Origin: Phoronis australis
Taxonomy: Eukaryota > Animalia > Phoronida
Reading direction: 5' to 3'
Length of the DNA stretch: 64,000 nucleotides
Assembly (NCBI GenBank): GCA_002633005.1
Contig: NMRA01000235.1
Span: forward strand, 324,964-388,963
The notes under the pieces are model-generated. The model saw only the letters and a program-made list of their open reading frames with translations, searched no databases and was not told where the DNA came from. Positions 1 to 11,360 of this stretch are shown here, in pieces; position 1 is the stretch's first letter; every line of letters starts with the position of its first letter. The translations under genes and the position numbers were made by a program.

Positions 1-1383
1 GTCCTATATTTTTGTATTAGTGCGCGCCGAATGAAAGTAATCGTGAGTGTTGCTGTGTTGCAAAATCTCTTATCCTGGGCCGATTTGAAAAATTCAAAGT
101 TGTACTCATATTTGTTTTCGCTCCTCTTTTCAAATATTACAGTAAAAACTACGTAAAATTCTCTCCATATAAAGTACAGTTGTTAGGCTAGACTGTAATC
201 AGCTGATCATATCCGCATGAGCGAAGTCAATTATCCTCGCTCGTGACTCGATGAATAGAGCAGCTTGGCGGCATCCCTTTGTGCATGAGCCGAGCGCGTC
301 TCAGCCAAGGTGGATAAATACGGTCTAGTTCAATTTTCCATACCCCGCCGTGTACCTTAAACACCGGGGTTAGAACCAATTTTATTTAGTGGGAATGTTC
401 ATAGCATGCTATATGGACGGCTGAAGTGAAGCACCCGTGGAATGTCTAGTCCGGAGTGTCATACCTTAATTGTAGTAGTGTATTGGGGACGATCAGAAGC
501 TGATGAGGACGCCTAGTATGTGCCGCCGGTTCGACTGATTCAGTGCCCCGCGGTGAAACCCGTGACTGCATGGCGTGGCTATACTTCGGCTACCGCCCGT
601 TTAAAATATATTGGAATTAGATTAGAACAAAAACCGATGGGGAGGCAGTCTTTAGCACCTGTATAGCCAGCCGAGGGCCGGGCTAAGTACCGTGTCAATT
701 GCCAAAGCTCGGGCGCCGCGACGCCGCGGGCCAGTGGTGACAACCGGACTCTAGTGGCACGAGACGATCGCCACCTGGTAAATGATATGAGACCGGTAGA
801 TAGCGCTCGCAAACCGAGCTCGGCGATGACCTTTGGGGATCTTCTGTACGTGAACTTGGAATCCTGCGTAATCTCAAGATTAGGAAGTAAGTGTTGCGTG
901 ACCTTGGAATTGAATATTCTTTAGGCAAAAAAGTGAAATTTTTGTTCGGTGAAAAGAATTTTTGTAATTATTGGCCTCGCGATCAACCATTTTCTCCTTT
1001 ACCGTAACTTGTGTCGCTGAACCGGAGGAATATGTGAATGGATAAATCGATTAATGTTTGGTGAAACTGATCGCCCGTAGTTGAAAAGATTGGTTAAAAT
1101 TGACATTATTTTATTCAAATGTAACCTTATTTAGCGCAGTGCAAATTTTTATGAACATGAACCTGATTATTAGAGTGAACTTGTCAAGTTGCCTCGCGTA
1201 TTTCGAGTTCACGCAACACTCACTTTCGCTTTATCTTGAGATTAAGCAGGATTCCAAGTTCACGCTCAGCAGATCGACCTTTGAACAGTGAGTGCCCTTG
1301 TTGCATTTATTGCAGTTGAGTTCAGAATAGATCCAGGCTACGTAAAGTGATCACGACAGTCCCGTTGTTAATATTTTGAAAAG

Positions 1384-4300
1384 ATGTCAGACAAGAATTT
1401 GTCGGCTGTCCTGCTTTCAAAGGGTGACCTGCAGTTGGTTAGTTGATGCATGTGAGCGGTGAGCCAAGCCCAACCAAAAAGGGCAAGGACAAGGCCGAAT
1501 AATTTCAGTCTTGACTTCAGACGACGATCGCCTCGGCCGACGCAAAGCGGCACAAGCCTGTAGCGTGGAGTGGATGACCTGATTGAGGTCCACGCCATGC
1601 CACGAACCAGGGGTGCTTGGCAGATGAGCCGAGCAGATGTGATTCAAAGCTTGATTAGCCAACCATCTTGAATCATCTTGAATGCTGGATCAGTTCCCCT
1701 CCTGTACTGCTGGCACCATCTCTTGGCGCGGCTGGCTGTGTGTTCTTGTGCCGTCCACATGTGACGTGATTGTCTATGCTTGTCCGTGCTGTGTCTAAGT
1801 GTTATCGTCAGCATATAGCTCGAGATAACAGATCTAGCCTTTGTGTATCAGNNNNNNNNCCCCCCGTTCACATTCAGACACCACGGTGCCTTGTTGTACT
1901 TAGTTAATTGACATGTAAAAGAACCTCAAACACTAAGCACTGTCATTATCATGAAGGCTGTTTCAAGCGACCTCTTTGGGGCAGTGTAAAGCAATGCCTG
2001 AATTCAAAGGTAGGACCAACTCTTTTGACACAATTGGTTGATATTTGGCCTTTATACCAGGAAGTTATAATCAGTGATCAGATGGATATTGGCTGCTTTT
2101 GAAAAGCCCACGGTCATCTAGAGTACTCACCATGACGTTTCTGATGGATAACAGTGCAACCTGTTGTCCACATCTAAAACTAAAATGCCGTCTAGATGCT
2201 CACCAATATTTTTGTCAGGCCAATGTCATGGCGACAGCATCAGCACAGTGACTGATGAGAGATACAAGCAGTGGCGGATTTGGGGGGGGGGGGGGAGGNN
2301 NAAGGGGGCCATGGCCCCCCTAAAATTCTACCAGATACCATTTGGGAGTTAGGGTGTGACTAGCACATACGCTCAACCAGGGAGGCTCAGGGGGTGAATA
2401 ACCAATGCATAGCCCCTGAACAAGTCCGCAAACCAAAAGTTCGAGAGCACTGCATCCCCACATTTTAGGGTGGGCGCCTGCATCTGCCGAAATTCTGGTT
2501 GTTCCTGTACCCTGCCACCCCCTAACTCAAAATCCTGACAAGTGTCTGCCACTGGTGGTGATCTTGTTGGTCTGGGGTTAAAACTGGCCTGTTAGTTAAA
2601 GAACTTGGTATTGTGCCAGTTATCACCATTAAGTTTCAATCGCTCCTGATGCCTCGTTAAGTGCTTACCCCTAAAGCACTACCATGGTGATTGCATTGCC
2701 ATGTCGAATTATGTTAACAACTTTGGTTGGGCTTGATTCTTTGAAATCAATGGTGACTATCAAGCATTGGTCTTAAATCGAATTGTTTTTTTTTTATTTT
2801 CAGAAAGATACAGACATTCCACAGCCAGGCAAAGGAGGTAAGTAGCTCACACCACCTAGTGGCTCTTTTATGCACTTACCGTAGCCACAATTCTTTGGAA
2901 GAGCAAATTATTACATGAAGAAAGTCATTTTGGACTTAGAACATAGTTTATCCTCTATGAGGCTTTTGTAGGAACTAAGCTGCTATGAAACACAGTTTGC
3001 CAGTTGTTTCATTTTATTGTTTTGTTTACTTTTAGAGGTGCAACTATGTATGCATACAGTGGGTATCTGTGGCTCAGACGTCCATTATTGGAAGACTGGA
3101 GCCATCGGTGACTTTATTGTCAAGGCACCCATGATTCTCGGTCATGAAGCCAGTGGCACGGTCAGCGCTGTGGGTGACGGGGTCACGCATCTTAAAGTGG
3201 GTAGGTGTGAGATACATTCAGTAGTATGAAGCTAAGCTGGGTCAGTGTTTTTGACGCACCTTGTTTCATCATGTTCAGCTGGTACAGGGTGCTCTCCAAG
3301 CAGTGAATGGTAATTAGATGCTTGAGAGTAGCTAAGCATGACAAAACAAACAAGCAAAGTGACTTCTAAGCTTCGACTGGTCATGAGTTGATGTATGTTA
3401 AAAGTTTGTGTATTGTAAGTTTGTTCAGATCTGTGGTAGTATCTGGTGTGCACACTGCATGTATTACAAGTTTAGTGAGATCACACAAGATCACTCTATT
3501 GAAAGGCACTATTTCTCAGATACCATGTGACTGGATCCAAGTCTTAGATCATTGGTTCACATTCTATGAGACCACACTGCTGGACTCTTAAAGTAGGGGT
3601 TTTAATAACTCGCTTTCTTATTTTTGCTTTGTTTATGTACATGTATTTTAATATACTTATTGGTAAATTTTATTTGAGCAATTTGCTCTGTATATTGCCT
3701 GTATCACATGAAACCTTCTAAATATATTAACAAGAATTTACACGCCATGCATTGATCATATCATGAGACCTATAATTAAATCTAAAAAGATTTCAGTCGT
3801 AACCGGGGGAACAGAGATGTTTTCAGAGTTACCAAAAATTTTTACTATATTGTGAGATATCTACAACTTGGGCTTCTGGAATATTGCTTTTTTGATTAAT
3901 TTGAAAATTGATGAGTATTTTTCATTCACGCTGTGGGAACCTTTACTACACATAATATTTGCAGGGGATCGTGTTGCCATTGAACCCGGTGTCCCCTGTC
4001 GAATGTGCGACTTTTGCAAAGGTGGGCGATACAACCTATGTCGAGATATGGCATTCTGTGCTACGCCACCTTTTGACGGGAACCTGAGACGTTATTATTG
4101 CCACGCAGCTGATTTCTGTTACAAGTACGTTGTACTGTATGTCACAGTCTGAGTTGAAGATTTGATTTGAAAACCATGGCACTTCTCTAGATAAGAGCGG
4201 TTTGGTTCATGGAAGTTTCATGGTTTTGACGAAGAGCGGGCATACTGAACACATCTATCTTAACTTTCACAAAAATGTTAGCATGAAAACCCTTATAACA

Positions 4301-7300
4301 ATACATTGTTTCATTTACGAAGTTTCAGAAATCCATTAAACATGGCCAAATACGGTAAAAATTAGCTAAATTACTGTACAAGATAAATCTAACTAAAGCA
4401 GAGCTATCAAATATCCTGCACTTTGTCAGTGACTCACACATTTGACAACAATCTTCAGCAGCTCATCCATCAGGTGCAGTCATCATATTTGTTTTGTCAC
4501 GCCTTCTAATAACTCTCCCGTGTTGACTCATTTTTTAATTGAATTATTTGTACGTGGATTTCTGCCAAGTCTTGAATTGTTCTCAACCACACGAAACTCA
4601 TTAGTACATCGATTCATCTCCCTTTTCATGTAAAATTCATGCTATAATAGATCAACAGTCACCTTTAAATTCAAACTTTCTTTCTCATTGAACTGTGCAT
4701 TTTCAACACTATGTGTCCCAAATTTCACTTAAATTAGCCGCATGTTGGTTACAGACTTAAGTTTGAGTTTCATTGGCTGTCGGTCTTTATTTTCGGCAGG
4801 CTGCCTGATCATGTGACCTTTGAAGAGGGAGCTCTTCTGGAGCCACTGAGCGTGGGCGTCCATGCGTGTCGTCGTGCTGGCGTGGGTATTGGTAGCAAGG
4901 TGTTGGTGTGTGGGGCGGGGCCTATTGGATTGGTCAACCTACTGACGGCAAAGGCTATGGGAGCAGAGGCTGTGTGCATCTCAGGTGAGTGGGCGTGGCT
5001 TTAGTGAGCAGTGTTGATACATAGACAGGTCCTATCGGTTTGGTCAACCCACCTACAGCAAAAGCTATGGGAGCATATGCTATATGTTCATTACAGATTA
5101 GTGGGCATTCCTGTAGGTAGCAACTTGTTGGTATATGGGTGGGGCCTATTGATCTGGTCAACCTACTGATGGGAAATGTGATGGAAGCAGAGTGTGTGTG
5201 CATTACAGGTTAGTGGGTGTGACTGTAGGTAGGAAATGTTGATACATGTATATGGGCGGAACCTATCAGTCTGGCCAACCTACTGACTCCAAATATGATG
5301 GTAGCAGAGTCTCCGTGCTTCACAGGTGAGTGGGAATTGCTGTAGGTAGCAAAGTGTTGGTGTGTAGGCTGGGTCTAATGGCCTTGTAAACCTAATGACA
5401 GCAGTGTCTGTTTGAATTGCTTTTTCACTCCTAGTCTTGCCCCAACATTCGCTCGTGTGCCCTTGCTGCTAAATCTGTGGTTAGTCTTAATACACGATGG
5501 TGTCAAAACTATAAGAAGCTTAGAATTATTGGTGCTTTAAATATTATCATGTTGAGAGTTTATTGTAAAATTTTTATTAAATCTGAGCATTATAGTCAAC
5601 TACACCATTTTGGAAAGATTGTTAAAGCTCAGTGGTCACTTACATAATTACGTGGTTTGACACTTAGATCAGAAATTTCGTCTTAGGCTCACTTATTTAA
5701 ATTAAAATATTTTTAGTGAAGCAATGATTTTTACAAATATCCAATTAACTTGTTAAAAAGGACTGTGTTCTGAATTTATTATATTAAGCTATCTTTCAAA
5801 AGTAGATGTGTAAGGTGGCACTTTTACTTTAAGTAAGTCACTTATATGAAACCTGTTGATTATTGTGGATTTTCAGGAGCCGGGCTGTTCTGTTGCTAAT
5901 AATATAATTCCAGTGTCCTCAACTTTTCAGACATATCTGAGAGTCGTCTGCAAGTGGCCAAACAAATGGGAGCTGACTCCACACTCTTGGTGAAGTCACG
6001 TGACTCTCAGGAACTGACAAAGACTGTTCATGAGTCACTAGGTGGTGCTCCTGACGTCACCATCGAGTGTAGTGGTGCAGAGCCTAGCATTCAGTTGGGC
6101 ATTCATGTGAGTCATATGGCATGGCAGATTTCTAACATGAAATGAATTATTCAGTGATGCCATCTCTTATGTGCCTCAGTGTTAACTCTGTAAAGAACCT
6201 AGAAATGAAATGTGGAATCCCATTATCAATTGACAATAAGTTTACTTTTCGTGGCAACAATATCTGAAGATACACTGCAAGACTAAAGTAATAGAACAGT
6301 ATCTGAAGATACACTCACTGCAAGACTAAAGTAATAGAACAATATCTGAAGATACACTGCAAGACTAAAGTAATAGAACAGTATCTGAAGATACACTCAC
6401 TGCAAGACTAAAGTAATAGAACAATATCTGAAGATACACTGCAATGCTAAACTGATAGAACAATATCTGAAGATACACTGCAAGGCAAAAATAATTGCAC
6501 ATAAATAGCTGCACAGTAGTAGTTAATTTTAGGGCGGCAAAGTGACTATGTTGGAATGGCTTAGTCACCTTACAAAAATTCCTCTAAATTCCTTAAAGTC
6601 TCGGCCCAGTTTGTCACGAAGGGAAAATCTGGGACATTTTTTTTCTGAATACTTTTGTGTTGTACTGTATTCGGAAAGTAATGAAGTATGAATTACGAAT
6701 TCATTATATAAGAGGTAGACTGGAAGGGTGCTCTGTAGGCCAAGTTTCTTGTGTGAAAAACATCTGACAAGCCATTGCAGAATCTGACGAGTGTTTTGCA
6801 AGTATACTCAGGCAAGCTTATGTCCTGTAGTCCATGGAAACCAGACCAGGGCCTCGTTGGTATAACAACAACAAAACCATGCAAGTAGGACTTAGACAAT
6901 CTCATACTTGTTATCGTTCTGTTTTAGGCCACGAGGTCAGGGGGCGTTGTAGTTCTAGTTGGACTGGGTGCTCCCATGGTAACACTGCCTATTGTTTCTG
7001 CTGCGACCAGAGAAGTTGACATTAGAGGGATATTCCGTTATGCCAACTGGTAAGTGTTCATTGTGTTGAAGATCACAAGAGTTCAGCAAGTTCTTGTCTG
7101 ACAACTGCATTAGTTTTACAAAAATGAAAGTTGGAAGTAGGTGCCTCCTTTGGAAAGTTGCTGTGCAAATCTTCCTTCATGTTTGTGGATAACAAGTATT
7201 ACTTCAGTTCCTTTGCGCCTCCTTCACAGTTCACCCATTGTCTGAGCGCCACCTTATGCAAGTTGAGACACATCTCTACAGCGAATGTTGAAAAAGATGC

Positions 7301-9178
7301 TAAACCTTGCTTTGGTGATTTCAACTTGTTTTTGTTCTACCACCAGCTAATGCACCACTGGTGTCCCACTTGAGTGCTAAAAGCAGGATTCAACTAACAA
7401 TTCATCCTGTACTTTCTTTGACTTTCAAAAACCGCTGGCGTGGTGGCGTGTTACACCTACTATTAAAATCTCTTGGTGTATATGCACCGACCTATTGGCT
7501 ATTTACACTGTCACAACGTTTCAGTCGGAAGAAAGAGCACGGATATGTGGTACACTCATCATGGTTTGGTGAGTGTACTTAAATGTATAAAACTTATTTG
7601 CCTAGCAGTGATTGGGTTATGTTTAGACAGGCAGTGCACTGTGATTGGGTAATGCTTAGACAGGCAGTGCACTGTGATGTCTCTTGTGTGGCCAGCTAGA
7701 ACGACCATCAGCAAACTGGGATGAGTGCTGCATGTGACAACACATCACTTATAACAACTTATGGGGCGTATACCTTATGGGGGGTATACCTTATAGGGTG
7801 TATACCTTGTGGGGTGTATACCTTATGGGGTGTATACCTTGTGGGGTGTATACCTTATGGGGTGTATACCTTATGGGGTGTATACCTTATAGGGTGTATA
7901 CCTTGTGGGGTGTATACCTTATGGGGTGTATACCTTATGGGGGGTATACCTTATGGGGGGTATACCTTGTGGGGCATATACCTTGTGGGGCGTATACCTT
8001 ATGGGGGGTATACCTTATGGGGCATATACCTTGTGGGGCGTATACCTTATGGGGGGTATACCTTATGGGGCATATACCTTGTGGGGCGTATACCTTATGG
8101 GGCATATACAGACTGGTTAGTTGGGTTCAGTTGTATATTGTCTGACAGAATAGTGACTCAGTAAGACTGTACTGTTTCCACTGGGATGAACTGTGTGATG
8201 AAGTACAGGGCTCTTCAAAGGTAATCGTACACAATACAATTTCTTCATCATGATGAGTAATACAACATTACGGCATTTTCCCGTTGCTCCCAACTTGTTT
8301 GATTCTGTAGCCCAACACCAAGTTGGGAAGTTTACCCCTCTAACCAATATCTTACACGACTGATTAACTCCATTTTGGCATTCATGGTTGGAGGCCCAGC
8401 CGTCTTTTGTTCGATAATTGCTCTAATCTCCAATAAGATCCTATCTACCCTGACGGGGTTGTGCTGTTAAAAATAAAAGTTAAGTTATAACATATTTGAA
8501 CATAAACCAATAGCATTTCTGAAATCTTCATCAAATGATGATCATGTTTAGTTTTTGAATCGCCAAAATCGCCCAACTGCAACTGAAGTTATGACAATTT
8601 ATTCTTTCCAAATACACCAATTCACTCTGAGTTTGACTCTGTTCACATGTGGTCTGTAATAAGCCTGGTAGATAATTGGCCTGCTTGTTGTCATAACAGA
8701 CAAAAAGTGTGCTTGGCAGTTAACAAAGAAAATAGATGTTATCACACCCTCAGTACCCCCAACCTCTGGTAAAGTCACTGAACGGGAAAACGCTGTCATG
8801 GAATTATTTGCCTGAAATGTACAGGCTTTCCACCTTGCTAACTTGCCTGTCATTTGTCATTGGTTACTATGACAATGGAATCTGCTTGAACCCAGCCCTC
8901 ATGAAGAGAAATTCCAGGTCATTTTGTCCACCAGTTGTTTTGGTGTGGGCTGCATAAGTTTCTCCAAAATTGCTGTTTTGATCTGTCAATATCTCTGCTA
9001 TTTTCTCTCACTTAGCTATCCTGTGGCGCTCTCTATGGTCGCCTCAGGTCGTGTCAATGTGAAGCCTCTGGTGACTCATCGATTCAAGCTTGAACAGTCG
9101 CTGGAAGCATTTGAAACCTCGCACACCATGGCAGGAGGGGCCATCAAGGTTATAATACAATGTGCCAAAGATCAGTGA
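1384..9178 (+). CDS. SORD: Sorbitol dehydrogenase (zinc-dependent medium-chain dehydrogenase), 8 coding exons, about 352 aa
   Basis: Exons 1384-1437, 2804-2837, 3036-3200, 3965-4124, 4800-4984, 5931-6106, 6928-7049 and 9016-9178 have GT..AG introns with matching phases (1059 nt total). Motifs: [40 protein letters not shown], structural-zinc C..C..C.......C, GAGPIG, FRYAN, THRFKLE. Internal exon sizes 34/165/160/176/122 match vertebrate SORD as I recall it. Confidence 0.97.
2269..2554. mobile_element. MITE with CAGTGGCGGA...TCTGCCACTG inverted ends and G-runs
   Basis: Terminal inverted repeats at 2269-2278 and 2545-2554. A related end (AACCCGCCACTGG with C-runs) lies at about 12535-12573. Confidence 0.55.
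4985..5403 (+). repeat. Three to four decayed tandem copies (about 112-117 bp) of the 3' end of SORD exon 5 plus its splice donor
   Basis: The motif GTAGCAA..TGTTG...CCTAT.G..TGGTCAACCTACTGA...ATGG.AGCAGAG...CAGGT.AGTGGG recurs, with donor-equivalent positions at 5097, 5209 and 5326. Confidence 0.85.
6257..6485. repeat. Minisatellite with alternating 39- and 43-bp units (82-bp higher-order repeat)
   Basis: ATCTGAAGATACACT(CACT)GCAAGACTAAAGTAATAGAACA(A/G)T starts at 6262, 6301, 6344, 6383, 6426 and 6465. Confidence 0.9.
7608..7678. repeat. 33-bp tandem duplication
   Basis: GTGATTGGGT(T/A)ATG(T/C)TTAGACAGGCAGTGCACT, two copies. Confidence 0.8.
7758..8108. repeat. 16-bp minisatellite, about 22 copies, in SORD intron 7
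   Basis: TATACCTT(A/G)TGGGG(T/G/C)(G/A) tandem array; it accounts for the three overlapping repetitive ORFs here. Confidence 0.95.
8555..8800 (-). repeat. Interspersed repeat (about 245 bp), copy 1
   Basis: Reverse complement of 48478-48723, e.g. GGTCTGTAATAAGCCTGGTAGATAATTG, GTGCTTGGCAGTTAACAAAGAA and AAAACGCTGTCATG. Confidence 0.85.
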
Positions 9179-9584
9179 AACATTGAGGGAGGATTGTTTG
9201 TAACACTGTTTGCACCGGGTGGCTTAGATTTAATATACCAGCAAAGCCTGATTAATGTCTCCCAGTTTGAAGTGAAGATGAAGAAATTGATTGCAATTCA
9301 AGTGAATCATTTAAGTTTGCAACAAATTCCATCAGTATCACGTGGACACAGTTGTGACACTGTCTGGCACCACGTGACCTATATATTCACCAGCTAGCAA
9401 GGGTGTGGTAGAAACTCTCCACAGGGATTCACTGGTCATCATGGATTTCTGTGGTCGGATTTTACCTGACCATCACCAGACAATCTGAAGAACTAACACT
9501 TTTCACTGTACAAACACTCTGGCCTAGTGAAGTCAGGTCCTTAGATGAACTGCCTGATAACACCTGCTTTCTCAAATGACAATT

Positions 9585-9867
9585 CTATGGTGTGAAAACT
9601 ATGGTGTGGTAACTATGGTGTGGTAACTATGGTGTGGTAACTATGGTGTGGTAACTATGGTGTGGTAACTATGGTGTGGTAACTATGGTGTGGTAACTAT
9701 GGTGTGGTAACTATGGTGTGGTAACTATGGTGTGGTAACTATGGTGTGGTAACTATGGTGTGGTAACTATGGTGTGGTAACTATGGTGTGGTAACTATGG
9801 TGTGGTAACTATGGTGTGGTAACTATGGTGTGGTAACTATGGTGTGGTAACTATGGTGTGGTAACTA
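9585..9867. repeat. Nearly perfect 14-bp minisatellite, about 20 copies, downstream of the SORD stop codon
   Basis: AACTATGGTGTGGT tandem array. Confidence 0.95.
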
Positions 9868-10339
9868 GGGGTGTGATGATTGGTCGAATTGTAGTGGAAT
9901 TATGTTGCATGGGTGACTGATTTTGATATGGATAGGAGGAGGCTTGGCCTATCGGTTCTTAATTCCAACTTTTGCCGTTAGGTGTCTTACAAAGTCCCTT
10001 CTTTTTGTATCATTTGAAGGGAGTTGTTGAAATGCTGAGAAAATAAGCTACTCAGAATCGTTCTCTAGTTGGAAACTTGCCATATTTAACAATGATGATG
10101 TCAGTAGTAGGCAAGTGTGTGAAAACGTGAACTGACAAATATGATGAAGTTTTGGCACTATTTATATTATTCTCCGTCCTTTGCCCCTGCAAAATTTGAG
10201 CTACTTCAAGCTGTTAAAGACATGCATCCTTCAAAGAAACGACGTAATTAAGAATACTTATAGTTACATGTATGGAGTTAATCTCAATGTCTCCATTATT
10301 CGATTATGAATGGCTTCTGGGATTGGAAAAATAGACATC

Positions 10340-10942
10340 ACTCGATTTGGCGAATATGTTTGGCGACCTGAGAAAATTTAAAGTCGCCAGTGTGAGTATC
10401 AAAGACAGACAATAATTCCCTCTTAATTTGTTTCAAAGTTTGTATTGACTTCTAAACTTTAAGTTACTAACAGTTTTCCTATTTCGTTTGATTCTCATTA
10501 TAACTATTGTAAGGTTGGTTTCGTGAATGCCGGCGCATTTACCGCTGGGAATTTGAATAACAGGAGGTCATCCGCCAGAAGTCAGAATTGTTCAGCAAAA
10601 AGCGCGCAAGATTGGCGAAATGCGCGCCACCAATCCATGCGGTCGTTTGCGGTTTATTTTCTTTTGGCGGCGGCGGGAGGGACTGAAAATTATGATGATT
10701 GAGGCATTTACGAGGGAAATTGCTGGAGTGCAAGAGAATAGATGGCGCTACGATGACCGTCCGACATTCATTTTAAATTTACTTTACCTTTTTTTAGTCG
10801 ACGAACCGTTAACTAGAAAACCTCGGAATTGATTTAAGCGTCTGAGATTTTCAGTTTCGGTGACCTAAGATTTGGTTTGGCAAGATGGGTTTTTGCCAGG
10901 TCGCCAAATGCGACTACGCGTTTAGCTAAGCGTCGAGCCCTG
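10340..10942. mobile_element. Possible non-autonomous DNA transposon remnant
   Basis: Inverted 12-mer TTTGGCGACCTG (10359-10370) and CAGGTCGCCAAA (10897-10908). The right end GAGCCCTG resembles a CAGGGCTC terminus; no left terminus was found. Confidence 0.35.
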
Positions 10943-11097
10943 AATAACAAGCTGTTAGTGCCTAACATCAGCAGGTAGTGCAAGACCGGAATACACGAAA
11001 CGCACGATCCACTTTACATCCGCACTTAACTCCGTTCACGTTCCGAAATCAAACTCTATACTGGGTGACTGGCACTCCACGTTCCAGACTTTGCACC

Positions 11098-11360
11098 CAT
11101 GGGGTTGGGGGGGGGTGGCTCAAATGAACTCCCCAATTTGGCGAATTGGGCAAAAAAGTCCGCCTTAATGAAACGAAAAGTCCGAGCAAACGAGACAAAA
11201 GTCCACCAAGTCCACAGGAATTCGGCGGCGATGCACAATCTGCAGGCCTGAGCTTAGTGGCACGGTTTTTTTAGTCCTAGTTGATTTTGTCATTTTTAGT
11301 ATAAGGTCCGCGTACCGACAAATTCGAGCCCCCCTATATTTTAGGCTGGGTGCCCCCATG
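11098..11360 (+). mobile_element. MITE family A, copy 1
   Basis: CATGGGG...CCCCATG ends. It shares TGGCGAATTGGGCAAAAAA with about 13150-13310 and CGAGCCCCCT..ATTTTAGGCTGG with 14198-14463 (inverted). Confidence 0.6.

Noticed and set aside
236-265. Resemblance to the 5' conserved block of 5.8S rRNA (CTCGCTCGTGACTCGATGAATAGAGCAGCT)
   Set aside because: Similarity covers only about 30 nt with several mismatches and does not extend convincingly. There is no colinear 18S or 28S sequence, and the other rRNA-like words nearby are 9-10-mers out of order.
500-565. CTGATGAG...GAAAC as a second hammerhead
   Set aside because: No stem II closes onto GAAA, and there is no stem I or III pairing.
1440-1851. 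Minus-strand LYADD followed about 28 codons later by WCQQ, suggesting a LINE RT remnant
   Set aside because: Only two short motifs in different frames next to a gap; too weak to call without a profile search.
7721-8164. Three overlapping repetitive ORFs ([10 protein letters not shown]...)
   Set aside because: Translation artefacts of the 16-bp minisatellite inside a SORD intron.
9585-9867. Telomere-like or CRISPR-like array
   Set aside because: The unit is not TTAGGG-type and there are no unique spacers; it is an ordinary tandem repeat.
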